Shown: positions 21,104 to 30,843 of the stretch, one piece after another | Layout of the letters: every line of letters begins with the position of its first letter | Position numbering within the stretch: the first letter of the stretch is position 1 | Origin: an uncultured Acidobacteriota bacterium | Lineage (GTDB): Bacteria; Acidobacteriota; UBA6911 | DNA length: 64,000 nt | Assembly (NCBI GenBank): GCA_964506795.1 | Contig: CAZDMR010000001.1 | Coordinates: 87,975-151,974 of the forward strand | Direction of reading: 5' to 3' | The notes under the pieces: generated by a model | Seen by the model: only the letters and a program-made list of their open reading frames with translations | What the model was told of the DNA's origin: nothing | The model's database searches: none | Translations under genes and position numbers: made by a program

Positions 21104-21443
21104 AGCTCTCCTCGCTGCGTCACGGGGTTTTTATCTGCGCCGGAAGTAAAAGAGAAAGAAGCTAGGAGCAAGAAGCCGGAAGTCAGGCTTTTCATGCATT
21201 TCTCCTATGCCGCCTCAAGAAGGTTGTCCGGCGCTGCCGTAGCCGCAACAACCAGCTTCCCGAGATTGTCAGTGCACCCGGTCGCCGCTCGTCTGATCAA
21301 CAGCCATCGGCGAGCTGTTCCGCCTTCCGGCTTCAGTAACTCGCTGTTTTTAGCTGGACATCAGGCTCGGAGCACTTGCCGGGTTTAATTGCTGGCGCAG
21401 CCGCGCGCATCTGTGCAACCATGAGGGGACCTGGGAGCTTTGC

Positions 21444-23009
21444 ATGAATAAAGGACCTCATCCCCTGACGCTCTTGTTCGCGTCCGTTCTCGGATTAAGT
21501 TTCCTATCCGCCTGCAACCGGACAGATGAGCCCGTTCGCATCCAGGGAGGCCTGGTATCCGGCGCGAGAGGGGCCGATCCCTCCATTAAAATATACAAGG
21601 GCATTCCATTTGCTCAGCCCCCCGTGGGCGATTTGCGCTGGAAGGAACCCCAGCCGCCGAAACCGTGGCAAGGAGTGCGGAAAGCGGACAGCCTGCCTCC
21701 CGCCTGCGTTCAGAATGTTGTAAAGTCGAGACTCCCCTGGACGGAGGAGTATATGCACCAGGGGGAAACCAGCGAGGATTGCCTCTATCTCAACATATGG
21801 ACAGGGGCGGCCGCCGTAAAAGAAAAGCGCCCCGTGATGGTTTACGTTTACGGAGGAGGATTCACGGAAGGATCCAATGCAGTGGCCGTTTACGACGGCG
21901 AGGAGCTTGCCGGAATGGGGGCTGTCATCGTCGTTATGAACTATCGCCTCGGCCCCCTGGGATTTTTGGCTCATCCCGAACTCTCCGCGGAATCCGCGCA
22001 TCATACCTCCGGCAACTACGGCTTGATGGACCAGGCGGCGGCGCTCAGGTGGATCCGTGACAATATCGAGGCCTTTGGAGGAGATCCGCAGCGGGTCACG
22101 GTTTTCGGCCAATCGGCTGGAGCCATGTCGGTTTCGGCACTGCTCGAGTCTCCGCAGGCCCAAGGATTGTTTGCGCGGGCGATTATTCAAAGCGGCCCGG
22201 GATTGCTTCCCCCGAGCATTTTGAGCGGAAGCGTTCCGCTGGACAAAGCGGAAGAGAACGGGGCGCGGTTTGCCGCAGCCATGGGCGCGGCCTCTCTGGC
22301 GGATTTGCGTGCAATACCGCCTGAAAAACTGATCGGCGGCGCGGGATCCGTCCGGTTCGGGACCGTTATCGACGGCTGGTTTCTCCCCGAAAAAAACTCC
22401 GATAAGGGCCCGCTCCCTTTGATCAACGGGTTTACCGCGGATGACCTTGGGGTTGACGGCGGATTCGGTTCTCCGCCGCCGGCAACCGTTGAAGCCTATG
22501 AAGGGGAAGCACGCAAGCTTTACGGGGACGAAGCGGGAGCTTTCCTTTCCCTGTATCCGGCGAATTCCGACGCAGGCGTGCCTGCGCTTCGCAAAGCGGC
22601 GGCTCAAGACCGCGCGCGGATATCGCTGTATCTGTGGGCTTCGAAACAAGCCGCCGCCGGCAGTTCCGTCTACACCTATTATTTCGACCGTGCGATCCCC
22701 TGGCCGGATCATCCCGAGTTCGGGGCGTTCCATTCCGGAGAACTGCCGTATGTTTTTAATAATCTCAAGATCTTTGACCGGCCGTGGGAAACAACCGATT
22801 ACGCGATAGCGAACCAGATTTCCCGCTATTGGATCAATTTCGCCGAGCGGGGCGATCCCAACGGGCCGGGACTGCAACCATGGCCGGATTTCAATCCATC
22901 GCAGCCCGTCACCATGCGGCTCGGCGCGCGGATGGGAGCGATGCCTATCGCGGATCCGGCAGAGACGGCATTCTGGAAAAGGATTCTTGCCGCGCCTGAC
23001 GGCCAATGA
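21444..23009 (+). CDS. Carboxylesterase type B (secreted lipoprotein)
   Basis: A lipoprotein signal (LSFLSAC), the nucleophile motif GQSAGA and the oxyanion-hole motif YGGGF are present. 521 aa. Confidence 0.88.
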   Translation: MNKGPHPLTLLFASVLGLSFLSACNRTDEPVRIQGGLVSGARGADPSIKIYKGIPFAQPPVGDLRWKEPQPPKPWQGVRKADSLPPACVQNVVKSRLPWTEEYMHQGETSEDCLYLNIWTGAAAVKEKRPVMVYVYGGGFTEGSNAVAVYDGEELAGMGAVIVVMNYRLGPLGFLAHPELSAESAHHTSGNYGLMDQAAALRWIRDNIEAFGGDPQRVTVFGQSAGAMSVSALLESPQAQGLFARAIIQSGPGLLPPSILSGSVPLDKAEENGARFAAAMGAASLADLRAIPPEKLIGGAGSVRFGTVIDGWFLPEKNSDKGPLPLINGFTADDLGVDGGFGSPPPATVEAYEGEARKLYGDEAGAFLSLYPANSDAGVPALRKAAAQDRARISLYLWASKQAAAGSSVYTYYFDRAIPWPDHPEFGAFHSGELPYVFNNLKIFDRPWETTDYAIANQISRYWINFAERGDPNGPGLQPWPDFNPSQPVTMRLGARMGAMPIADPAETAFWKRILAAPDGQ

Positions 23010-23065
23010 ATCCTTTTCGGCAAGCCTTCCCGTATCGGAACGGTTATTCTCCCGCTTCGCCCGGC

Positions 23066-23093
23066 TTGACAACACCGCTTTTGAAAGTAGAAT
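23066..23093 (+). promoter_or_regulatory. Candidate sigma70 promoter for asnA
   Basis: TTGACA (23066-23071), a 16-nt spacer, then TAGAAT (23088-23093), about 55 nt upstream of the asnA ATG. Confidence 0.35.
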
Positions 23094-23146
23094 ACGTGCG
23101 TGATTGCGAACGGAAAACGGCGGGCGACGATCAATAGGAGAACACC

Positions 23147-24274
23147 ATGGCGGACAAGAAAGCGGATCTGGCAGGGCCGGGCATAGGAAATTACAACGAT
23201 CTGGAAAAAGAGCTGCCGGAAGACTACGAGGCCCTTCTCCCTCCGATGGAGCGGATGAGGGCCGTTTACGCGATAAAGAACTACATTGAGGAAAACCTGG
23301 GCAAGGAGCTGAACCTGCAGATGGTGCGGGTTCCCTTGATTGTCGACAAGGACAGCGGCGTGAATGATTACCTGGACCGCGACGGATCGCGGACGCCGGT
23401 CGAATTCCGGTGCGGACTCGGACTCGACAAGCCCATCACGGCGCAGGTGGTGCAAGCCGCAACGAAATGGAAGCGGATGGCCCTCACACAGTTCGGCTGC
23501 GGCGTCGGAGAGGGCCTCTGCACCGATATGAGAGCGGTGCGCAAGGACTACTTTCTGGATCATGATCACAGTTCCTATGTCGACCAGTGGGACTGGGAAC
23601 GGACGATAACGGCCGAGGACCGCACCCTCGATTTTCTCAAGGACGTCGTCAGAAAATTATGGAAGGTGATTTTAGGGGCGGGAAAGATGATTCAAGAGCG
23701 TTATCCGGAGCTTAAAACGGACACATATCCGGACTTCCCCGAGGACATCGAATTTATCCACGCCGAAGAAATGCTCGACCTCTATCCGGACCTTCCTCGC
23801 AAGCAGCGCGAAGCTCGAACGCTGCAGGAAAAAGCCGCGGCGCTCTTCATCATAGGCGTCGGCTGGCCGCTGAAGGACGGCTATCCTCACGAAATGCGCG
23901 CGGCCGACTACGACGACTGGGCCACCGAGACCATCGTTAAAAACGGCGAACAGTACCACGGCCTCAACGGCGATATCCTGGTTTGGAATCCCGTAACCAA
24001 GAGGCGACATGAGTTGAGCTCGATGGGGATACGCGTCACAAAGGAAACCCTGAAGCTGCAGTTAAAGATGGCCGGCCAGGAAGACTTCCTGAAGCTGCCT
24101 TATCACCGGGCTATTCTAAACGATGAAATACCGCTCAGCATCGGAGGCGGCATCGGGCAGTCGCGCACTTACATGTACCTGCTGCGCGCGGCCCATCTCG
24201 GCGAGGTGGAAGTCTCCGTCTGGCCCAAGGTGCTCAAAGATATCTGCGCAAAGAAGAATATCCATGTGCTGTAG
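23147..24274 (+). CDS. asnA: Aspartate--ammonia ligase (asparagine synthetase A)
   Basis: VDQWDWERTI, LNGDILVWNP...ELSSMGIRV and GGGIGQSRTYMYLL align with E. coli AsnA along the whole length. The RBS AGGAGA lies 6 nt upstream. Confidence 0.9.
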   Translation: MADKKADLAGPGIGNYNDLEKELPEDYEALLPPMERMRAVYAIKNYIEENLGKELNLQMVRVPLIVDKDSGVNDYLDRDGSRTPVEFRCGLGLDKPITAQVVQAATKWKRMALTQFGCGVGEGLCTDMRAVRKDYFLDHDHSSYVDQWDWERTITAEDRTLDFLKDVVRKLWKVILGAGKMIQERYPELKTDTYPDFPEDIEFIHAEEMLDLYPDLPRKQREARTLQEKAAALFIIGVGWPLKDGYPHEMRAADYDDWATETIVKNGEQYHGLNGDILVWNPVTKRRHELSSMGIRVTKETLKLQLKMAGQEDFLKLPYHRAILNDEIPLSIGGGIGQSRTYMYLLRAAHLGEVEVSVWPKVLKDICAKKNIHVL

Positions 24275-24316
24275 CCGCGCTCGGAACACGGCATAGCCTA
24301 ATACTCGGACAGGCTC

Positions 24317-25387
24317 CTAACCAAAAGAGCCCGCATAGCCCGCGATGACGGCCGAGGCGATCAAAAGCAGGAGGCCGGCCGCCAGAAGAGACCGGGTTTT
24401 TTTGCCGGTCCCCTTCCATTCTCCGAGAGTGACTCCCAAAAGCTGGCTGAAGAGGATCTGGCTCGCCATCAAAACGGCCCAGCCTATATAGGAAATGTCG
24501 CCCATCTTGGGCTCCCCCGTTTTGAAGCAAATAAACTGCGAGCACCAGATCGCGCCCGCAATGGCCGCGAAAATCAAATTCTTCGCGATGGGAGCGCTTC
24601 GGTCGACATAGTCTTTTGCCGTGCGGTTTTTCACATTCAGCAGCAGGCACCAACACAAATTCACGAGGAAGCCGCCGAAAAGCACGACAACCAGAACAGG
24701 CATTCCGGCCCAGGTTACGGAAGTCGCCGGCGGCGTTACCCGGGCGGCTTCCTGTATCGACGGGCCGCCTTGAAGGCCGAAACTCATCGCGGCGCTCATC
24801 AAACCGGAAAAGACCGCGACCAGAATTCCCTTTCGAAAATTGAATTCCGCGACCGCCTTGCTCTTCTGCTCGGCGGAAAGTTCATCCTCCTTGGACATGC
24901 CCGCCATCCCGACAAAGACAATGCCCGCCAGCGACACAACAGCCGATCCGAGGGACACCATGCCCGCGGGCGTTGTAAACATCGCCGCGACCGCCGGACC
25001 GCCTTTAAGCAAGGGCGGGACTAATGTCCCCGCCGCCGAAGTCAATCCCGCGCCCAATGCAAGTCCAAGGCCGAATCCCAAGTACCGGATCATCAGCCCC
25101 CAGGTCAATCCGCCAAAGCCCCATGCGGCGCCGCACAGCAGGCAGTATACAAGTTCATCGGCCGGCGCGTTTCGCAGCACCGACAGGACGTTCGGCGAGG
25201 CAGCAAAGGCCAGGAGCCACGGGACAACGACCAGCCCAAAAACCGCATAAACCATCCAGTAGCTTTCCCACGCCCATCCTTTCACCTTCTTAAATGGAAG
25301 ATAAAAGACGGCGCCCGCCAGGCCGCCCAGCGTAAAAATCAAAATCCCCACCGGAGCATTCAGCGAGTCAACCGGAACCGCATCCAT
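24317..25387 (-). CDS. rhaT: L-rhamnose:proton symporter RhaT
   Basis: GILIFTLGGLAGAVFYLPFKKVKGWAWESYWMV aligns with the E. coli RhaT N-terminus ([33 protein letters not shown]). The start at ATG 25387 follows GGAGGA. An alternative ATG at 25411 overlaps the rhaA stop as ATGA. Confidence 0.85.
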   Translation of the reverse strand: MDAVPVDSLNAPVGILIFTLGGLAGAVFYLPFKKVKGWAWESYWMVYAVFGLVVVPWLLAFAASPNVLSVLRNAPADELVYCLLCGAAWGFGGLTWGLMIRYLGFGLGLALGAGLTSAAGTLVPPLLKGGPAVAAMFTTPAGMVSLGSAVVSLAGIVFVGMAGMSKEDELSAEQKSKAVAEFNFRKGILVAVFSGLMSAAMSFGLQGGPSIQEAARVTPPATSVTWAGMPVLVVVLFGGFLVNLCWCLLLNVKNRTAKDYVDRSAPIAKNLIFAAIAGAIWCSQFICFKTGEPKMGDISYIGWAVLMASQILFSQLLGVTLGEWKGTGKKTRSLLAAGLLLLIASAVIAGYAGSFG

Positions 25388-25410
25388 AGCGTCCTCCACG
25401 GACTGAGCCA

Positions 25411-26679
25411 TCAATTGCGTTTGGACAAAACCGCATCCTCGTATTTCTTCACTTCGACGATCCAATTCATGCCGACGGGTACGAGTTTTTGCATGCAGTA
25501 GTAATCCCACACGGCGGCCCACGGCAGAGCCTTCATTTCCTCCAACAAAACCAGCCGTCGGGTGTAATCTCCGCTGCGCTCCGTTTTTTTCAGTTCATCG
25601 AACGGCTCCAGCAGCGCCACCAGCAGCGCTTTGATCATATTCCGCGTTCCGATCACCCAGGCCGCGACCCGATTGATGCTTGCGTCAAAATAGTCCAGCC
25701 CGATGTGAATTCTGTCCGTTTTGCCGCCGCGGATCACCTCCTTGGCAATAGCCTGAAGCTCGTCGTCCAGAATAACGACATGGTCGCTGTCCCAGCGGAC
25801 CGGGCGGCTGACGTGCAGCAGCAACTGCGGGCAGAACATTAAAACGGACGAAATTTTCTCAGAGATCATTTCCGTGGGATGGAAATGCCCGGCGTCCAGG
25901 CACAGGAGTTTCTGACGCGAGGAGGCGTACCCCAGGTAAAATTCATGCGAGCCGACCGTGTAGCTTTCCGCGCCGATTCCGAACAGCTTGGACTCCAAAG
26001 CATCCAGATGGATCGTCGGATCTATTTTTTCCTCAAATATCCTATCCAAAGAAACCGCCAGCCTTTCGCGCGGGCCGCTCCGGTCCGCAGGGATGTCTTT
26101 GTATCCGTCCGGTATCCAAAAGTTCGTTACTGTCGGCGTTCCCAGCTGCCGCCCCATTTCGGCGCCGATTTTACGGCACCGGACGCCGTGTTCAATCCAG
26201 AACTCCCGGATGCCTTTATCCGAATGGCTGAGCGTAAAGCCGTCCGCCGCCTTATCGTGCGAAAAATACGTCGGATTGAAATCCAGCCCCAATTTATTGC
26301 GCTTCGCCCAATCCATCCAGCTTTGAAAATGCCGGGGTTCCACCTCGTCGCGGTCGATGAATTTCCCCCCGTTGTCCAGATAGCAAGCGTGCAGATTCAC
26401 GCGGTGCCGTCCCGGAATCAAGCTGAGCGCTTTTTCCATATCGCTGCGCAGCTCGGCGATGGTGCGCGCCTTGCCCGGATAATTTCCGGTCGCCTGAATG
26501 CCGCCGCCGGAGAGCTCCGCGCCGGGCGTCTCAAAACCACCTACGTCATCGCCCTGCCAACAATGAAGGGATATCGGAATCGCCTCCAGCCGCTTTAGGG
26601 CGGCGTCGGCGTGGACCCCGTGCTCCGCATAGGCTTCTTTGGCGAATTCGTACGCCTGGGCAATATTGGCTTCATTCAT
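25411..26679 (-). CDS. rhaA: L-rhamnose isomerase
   Basis: The N-terminus ...[18 protein letters not shown] matches the E. coli RhaA block [17 protein letters not shown]. 422 aa. Confidence 0.92.
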   Translation of the reverse strand: MNEANIAQAYEFAKEAYAEHGVHADAALKRLEAIPISLHCWQGDDVGGFETPGAELSGGGIQATGNYPGKARTIAELRSDMEKALSLIPGRHRVNLHACYLDNGGKFIDRDEVEPRHFQSWMDWAKRNKLGLDFNPTYFSHDKAADGFTLSHSDKGIREFWIEHGVRCRKIGAEMGRQLGTPTVTNFWIPDGYKDIPADRSGPRERLAVSLDRIFEEKIDPTIHLDALESKLFGIGAESYTVGSHEFYLGYASSRQKLLCLDAGHFHPTEMISEKISSVLMFCPQLLLHVSRPVRWDSDHVVILDDELQAIAKEVIRGGKTDRIHIGLDYFDASINRVAAWVIGTRNMIKALLVALLEPFDELKKTERSGDYTRRLVLLEEMKALPWAAVWDYYCMQKLVPVGMNWIVEVKKYEDAVLSKRN

Positions 26680-26690
26680 GGTTTTCTCCT

Positions 26691-28199
26691 CTAAATAGAT
26701 TTATCCGCCGGCTCCAGATAACTGAGAAACCGCCTGTATCGCGCGTCCCAACGGTCCACCGCAAACGGCTCGAATCTTTCAACCGGGAAAGAACGCTCAA
26801 TAAGCTCCCGGGCCTCGGCCAGCGATCCCACGGCTCCGGCGGCAAGCATCTGCATGGCTATATTTCCAAGAGCCGTCGCCTCGGCGGGCCCCGCAACAAC
26901 CGTTCGCCCGGTTGCATCCGCCGTGAACTGATTGAGCAGCCGGTTCCTTGAACCGCCCCCCATAATCCGAATCTCTTCAAACCGAATTCCCGTCAATTCC
27001 TCCAGAGAGTCAAGCACCGTTCGATACTTGAAGGCAAGGCTCTCCAATATCGCTCTTGTGTATTCCCCCGGCCCCGAGGGAACCGGCTGCTCCGTGCGGC
27101 GGCAATATTCCGCGATGGCGGAAGGCATGTCGTCCGGATTCAGGAAAGACGGGTGGTCCGGGTCGAACAGCGAAAGGAACGCGCGCCGATCGTCCGCGGC
27201 GGCCTCCATCAATTCCTCGTAGGGGAAGTCCCGCCCTGATGCGGCCCAGCTCCGCCGGCACGACTGCAGAAGCCACAGCCCGCCGATGTTCTTCAACAGG
27301 CGTATGGTCCCGCAGACGCCGCCTTCATTCGTGAAATTCAAATCGCGCGCCCTTGCCGTAATCACCGGCTCGGCCAGCTCCGCGCCCAGCAAAGACCAGG
27401 TGCCGGAGCTTAAGAAAGCGCTTTTGCCGGAGGCCCCTACCGCGGCCACCGCAGAGCCGGTGTCGTGGCAGGCCGGCGCCACCACCGGCGTCCCCTCCAA
27501 AGCAGTCGAGACGTCGCCCCGGATCCCGCCGACAACCGTTCCGGGTTGAACGATGGGCTGCAGCAGCCGCGAAGGGAGATCAAGTTCGCCCAGCAAGCCG
27601 GCGGCCCATCCGCGGCTTCGGCCATCGACCAACTGGGTGGTGGTCGCATTGGTATACTCCGATACCAGGTTGCCGCAGAGCCAATAGTTCAATAAATCCG
27701 GGATGGTCGCCAAAGCCTGGGCCGCGAGGATCGTTTTCGGAGTCAAGCGGGAAGCGGCGAATAACTGGTACAGCGTGTTGAAAGGCAGGAACTGGATGCC
27801 GGTGACTTGGTAGATTCTTTCGCGCGGAACGATTGAAAATACCGCATCCATGATTCCGTCCGTGCGCGAGTCGCGGTAATGATAGGGATTTTCGAGCAAT
27901 CGGCCCTCTTCGCCCAGCAGCGCGTAATCGACGCCCCAGGTATCGACGCCGACGCTCTCGAGTTTAGGAAGAGATCCTTCTCCCAGTGCTTTTTTAACCT
28001 CATGCCACAACCGGAGTATGTCCCAATGCAGCTCCCCTCTGCAGCGGACGGGTTCGTTGGAAAAACGATAAATCTCGCTTACTTCGAGCGCACCGTTTTG
28101 AAGCCGCCCGAGAAGCGCGCGGCCGCTTTCCGCGCCGAGATCCAGTGCCAAAAAATTCACCCGCTTCCTGCCTCTCCCCGGCGCATAAATCCGGCACAA
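26691..28199 (-). CDS. rhaB: Rhamnulokinase (FGGY kinase)
   Basis: [17 protein letters not shown]..., the FGGY fold, and its position between rhaA and the aldolase support this call. The true start may be GTG 28160 (VNFLALD). Confidence 0.85.
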   Translation of the reverse strand: MCRIYAPGRGRKRVNFLALDLGAESGRALLGRLQNGALEVSEIYRFSNEPVRCRGELHWDILRLWHEVKKALGEGSLPKLESVGVDTWGVDYALLGEEGRLLENPYHYRDSRTDGIMDAVFSIVPRERIYQVTGIQFLPFNTLYQLFAASRLTPKTILAAQALATIPDLLNYWLCGNLVSEYTNATTTQLVDGRSRGWAAGLLGELDLPSRLLQPIVQPGTVVGGIRGDVSTALEGTPVVAPACHDTGSAVAAVGASGKSAFLSSGTWSLLGAELAEPVITARARDLNFTNEGGVCGTIRLLKNIGGLWLLQSCRRSWAASGRDFPYEELMEAAADDRRAFLSLFDPDHPSFLNPDDMPSAIAEYCRRTEQPVPSGPGEYTRAILESLAFKYRTVLDSLEELTGIRFEEIRIMGGGSRNRLLNQFTADATGRTVVAGPAEATALGNIAMQMLAAGAVGSLAEARELIERSFPVERFEPFAVDRWDARYRRFLSYLEPADKSI

Positions 28200-28221
28200 G
28201 AATTTTAAAGCAGTGCTTGTT

Positions 28222-29418
28222 TTATCCGCGCTTTATCGCCGCCGCCATGGCGTCGGCGGCGGCTTTTGCCACGGCTTCGACATCCGCGTCGCTGAGCGTC
28301 CTGATCGAGCTGCGACTCGGATTGCGCGCGGCCGGAGGAGCCAGCGCAATCTCGCCCGGACGCTCCTCCTGATCCGGCGGCTCGCTCCCCCCTTTTTCAA
28401 ACCGGGCATCAGGCTGGCCAAGACGCTTTTTGATTTTGAGGAGATCCTCCCGCTTCTCCGGCGGTATCTTCACGTACGGGACTCCGAGCTGCCGGCTTAT
28501 CAACAGCGTCCAGCAATAGGTTTCGAGGTTCTCCGCATACCATTCGGCATGGGTGGGAGTATCGGCCCAACAGACAATTCCGTGATTCCCGAGCAGAATG
28601 GCGTTATGGTTTTTCACGAAAGGCAGAACGGTTTCCGCAAATTTTTTGGTGCCGGGAGTTTCATAGGGCGTGACGGCAACGCTGCCGACGAACACGTCAA
28701 ACTCCGGAATGACCGGCGTGGGGGGCACGCAGCCTGTAACCGCGTATGCCGTGGCATGCGGAGGATGGCAATGCACCACGGCCTTTGCCTGGGGCACCGC
28801 CTTAAAAATTTCGAGATGAAGATAAATCTCGCTGGTTCGTCGCAAGGGCCCCGCGATTTGGTTTCCATCAAGGTCAACCAGACAGAGATCTTCCGGTCTA
28901 AGATCCGCCTTGCTTAACAGCGTGGGCGTGCAAATCACCGCATTGCCGCCGATGCGGCAGGATATATTTCCTCCGTTGCCGTCCACGTAACTGCGCTCCC
29001 AAAGCTTGCGGCCGACTGCGCAAATTTCCTCTTTTACGGATCTCGCGTTGGATGAATAAAACAGGCCGGCCGTTTCCTCAGGAAAATCGTTGAGAGCGTG
29101 CGAATCAGCGCCCGGCTTTAAGCCGTCGGCAGGCAAAGCGATTTCCAAGGCATGAAGCACGCGCTCAAGAGCACCGTGAACCTGCGGGATCACATGCGAG
29201 CGGACGACATCGCCGCCGAGCGATTTTACGGCCGCCGCGCCGGCCTCCACGGCCGCACTCACCGCGCATGGGTCCCCGGCAATGAACGCCGTACATTGAT
29301 CGCCGCCGATTTGTTTCCATCCCTTGAATTCGACGCTTGCGGCCTTCAACATGGCGTCCGCCGCCTGAACCAGCATCACGAAACCCTTCGTTTCAATCAT
29401 TCCCAAAGCTTGCTTCAT
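28222..29418 (-). CDS. Fusion of an N-terminal BMC-H (microcompartment shell) domain to a class II aldolase (putative rhamnulose-/fuculose-1-phosphate aldolase) with a C-terminal encapsulation-peptide-like helix
   Basis: Residues 1-90, MKQALGMIETKGFVMLVQAADAMLKAASVEFKGWKQIGGDQCTAFIAGDPCAVSAAVEAGAAAVKSLGGDVVRSHVIPQVH, align nearly residue-for-residue with PduA/CcmK BMC-H. Residues ~120-330 match the class II aldolase fold (GGNISCRIG..., HCHPPHATAYAV, NHGIVCWADT). The tail has a Pro-rich linker followed by the amphipathic helix DVEAVAKAAADAMAAAIKRG. Confidence 0.85.
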   Translation of the reverse strand: MKQALGMIETKGFVMLVQAADAMLKAASVEFKGWKQIGGDQCTAFIAGDPCAVSAAVEAGAAAVKSLGGDVVRSHVIPQVHGALERVLHALEIALPADGLKPGADSHALNDFPEETAGLFYSSNARSVKEEICAVGRKLWERSYVDGNGGNISCRIGGNAVICTPTLLSKADLRPEDLCLVDLDGNQIAGPLRRTSEIYLHLEIFKAVPQAKAVVHCHPPHATAYAVTGCVPPTPVIPEFDVFVGSVAVTPYETPGTKKFAETVLPFVKNHNAILLGNHGIVCWADTPTHAEWYAENLETYCWTLLISRQLGVPYVKIPPEKREDLLKIKKRLGQPDARFEKGGSEPPDQEERPGEIALAPPAARNPSRSSIRTLSDADVEAVAKAAADAMAAAIKRG

Positions 29419-29522
29419 TATGAATCACCTCGCCGCCCGGATTAATCCGTCCCGGCAACCGAAATATTATGCTATTTTAAATCCAATGAGAGCCATTTTA
29501 TCCTCGGCGAAAGGATTGTTCC

Positions 29523-30836
29523 ATGAAACGCTTCCTGGTTCTTTTAGCTGTGGTTTTTTTGTCCGCTTCCCAGGCTGCTTCGCAACAAGAGGGGCAATGC
29601 ATGGTTTGCCACAAGCTTGTGTCTCCCGGTCTGTACAATCAATGGCACGAATCGCAGCACGCTGTTCACGGCGTGAGCTGTGTGGACTGCCACGGCGCCC
29701 AGCAAGGCGAAGAGGATGCTTTTGAGCATCACGGAGCCTTTATCGCCACGCTTGTAACTCCCCGCGATTGCGGACGCTGCCATACCAAGGAAGCCCGCGA
29801 AGTCCAGAATTCCTATCACGCCTCCGCCGGAGAGATTCTGCATTCGCAGGACGCGTATCTCGCCCACATAGCCGGCGGGCAGCCGGCAGCCGTCGCCGGC
29901 TGCGAAAACTGCCACGGCGCCCGCATTGTCATCGATCCCCATTCGCCCAACAGGCTTTCGAAAAAATCGTGGCCCAACTCCGGCATCGGGCGCATAAATC
30001 CCGACGGATCTAAAGGATCCTGCAGCGCCTGCCATACCCGCCATAATTTTACGAAGTCCCAGGCCCGCCAGCCGGAAAGCTGCTCCAAATGCCATCTCGG
30101 CCCCGATCATCCCCAAAAGGAGATCTACGAGGAGTCCAAACACGGCAATACCTATTACACAAATGTCAAAAAAATGAACTTGGATGCCGATCCGTGGGTG
30201 GTCGGGAAGGATTATTATGCCGCTCCAACCTGCGCGACCTGCCATATGTCCGCGACCTCCGTTCTGAAATCATCGCACGACGTCGGAGACAGAATCAGCT
30301 GGACCCTGCGGCCCGCGGTTTCCGTCCACAAGGATAATTGGCTCGCCAAGCGCGAGAATATGTTCACCGTCTGCCAATCATGCCATGGAAGCTCCTTTGC
30401 CAAGGGACATTATTACCAGTACGATGCCCTGGTTCGGCTCTATAACGGCAAGTTCGCGGAACCGGCGGCGGAGATCATGAAGCTTATCAGGGCTCAGAAG
30501 CTTCTGGAGAATCCGGCGGAATTCGGCAATAAAATAGAGTGGACCTATTATGAATTATGGCATCACGAAGGACGGCGGGCGCGGCACGGCGCGGCCATGA
30601 TGGGTCCGGACTACACCTGGTGGCATGGCATTTATGAAGTCGCCCAGCATTTTTATTTCAAATTCCTTCCGGAGGCGCGCGCATTCAACGATCCGAAAGT
30701 AAACGCGGCCATTGAAAAGCTTTTGAAAGAAGATCCCATGCATCAATGGCTGTCGCGCGATACCGAAACTCTTAAAAAAGCAATTCGCTCCGGCGACTTG
30801 CAGAAACAATACGACAAACTGTTCCAACAGGACTGA
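29523..30836 (+). CDS. Octahaem c-type cytochrome, secreted
   Basis: A signal peptide and 8 CxxCH motifs in 437 aa (CMVCH, CVDCH, CGRCH, CENCH, CSACH, CSKCH, CATCH, CQSCH). Confidence 0.85.
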   Translation: MKRFLVLLAVVFLSASQAASQQEGQCMVCHKLVSPGLYNQWHESQHAVHGVSCVDCHGAQQGEEDAFEHHGAFIATLVTPRDCGRCHTKEAREVQNSYHASAGEILHSQDAYLAHIAGGQPAAVAGCENCHGARIVIDPHSPNRLSKKSWPNSGIGRINPDGSKGSCSACHTRHNFTKSQARQPESCSKCHLGPDHPQKEIYEESKHGNTYYTNVKKMNLDADPWVVGKDYYAAPTCATCHMSATSVLKSSHDVGDRISWTLRPAVSVHKDNWLAKRENMFTVCQSCHGSSFAKGHYYQYDALVRLYNGKFAEPAAEIMKLIRAQKLLENPAEFGNKIEWTYYELWHHEGRRARHGAAMMGPDYTWWHGIYEVAQHFYFKFLPEARAFNDPKVNAAIEKLLKEDPMHQWLSRDTETLKKAIRSGDLQKQYDKLFQQD

Positions 30837-30843
30837 CAACCCC

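Noticed and set aside
29437-29456. Palindrome CCGGATTAATCCG upstream of the aldolase fusion gene, resembling the repeat-family core
   Set aside because: Only the short palindromic core matches. There is no extended TTCACGAGGAT arm. It could be an operator, but the evidence is too thin to call.
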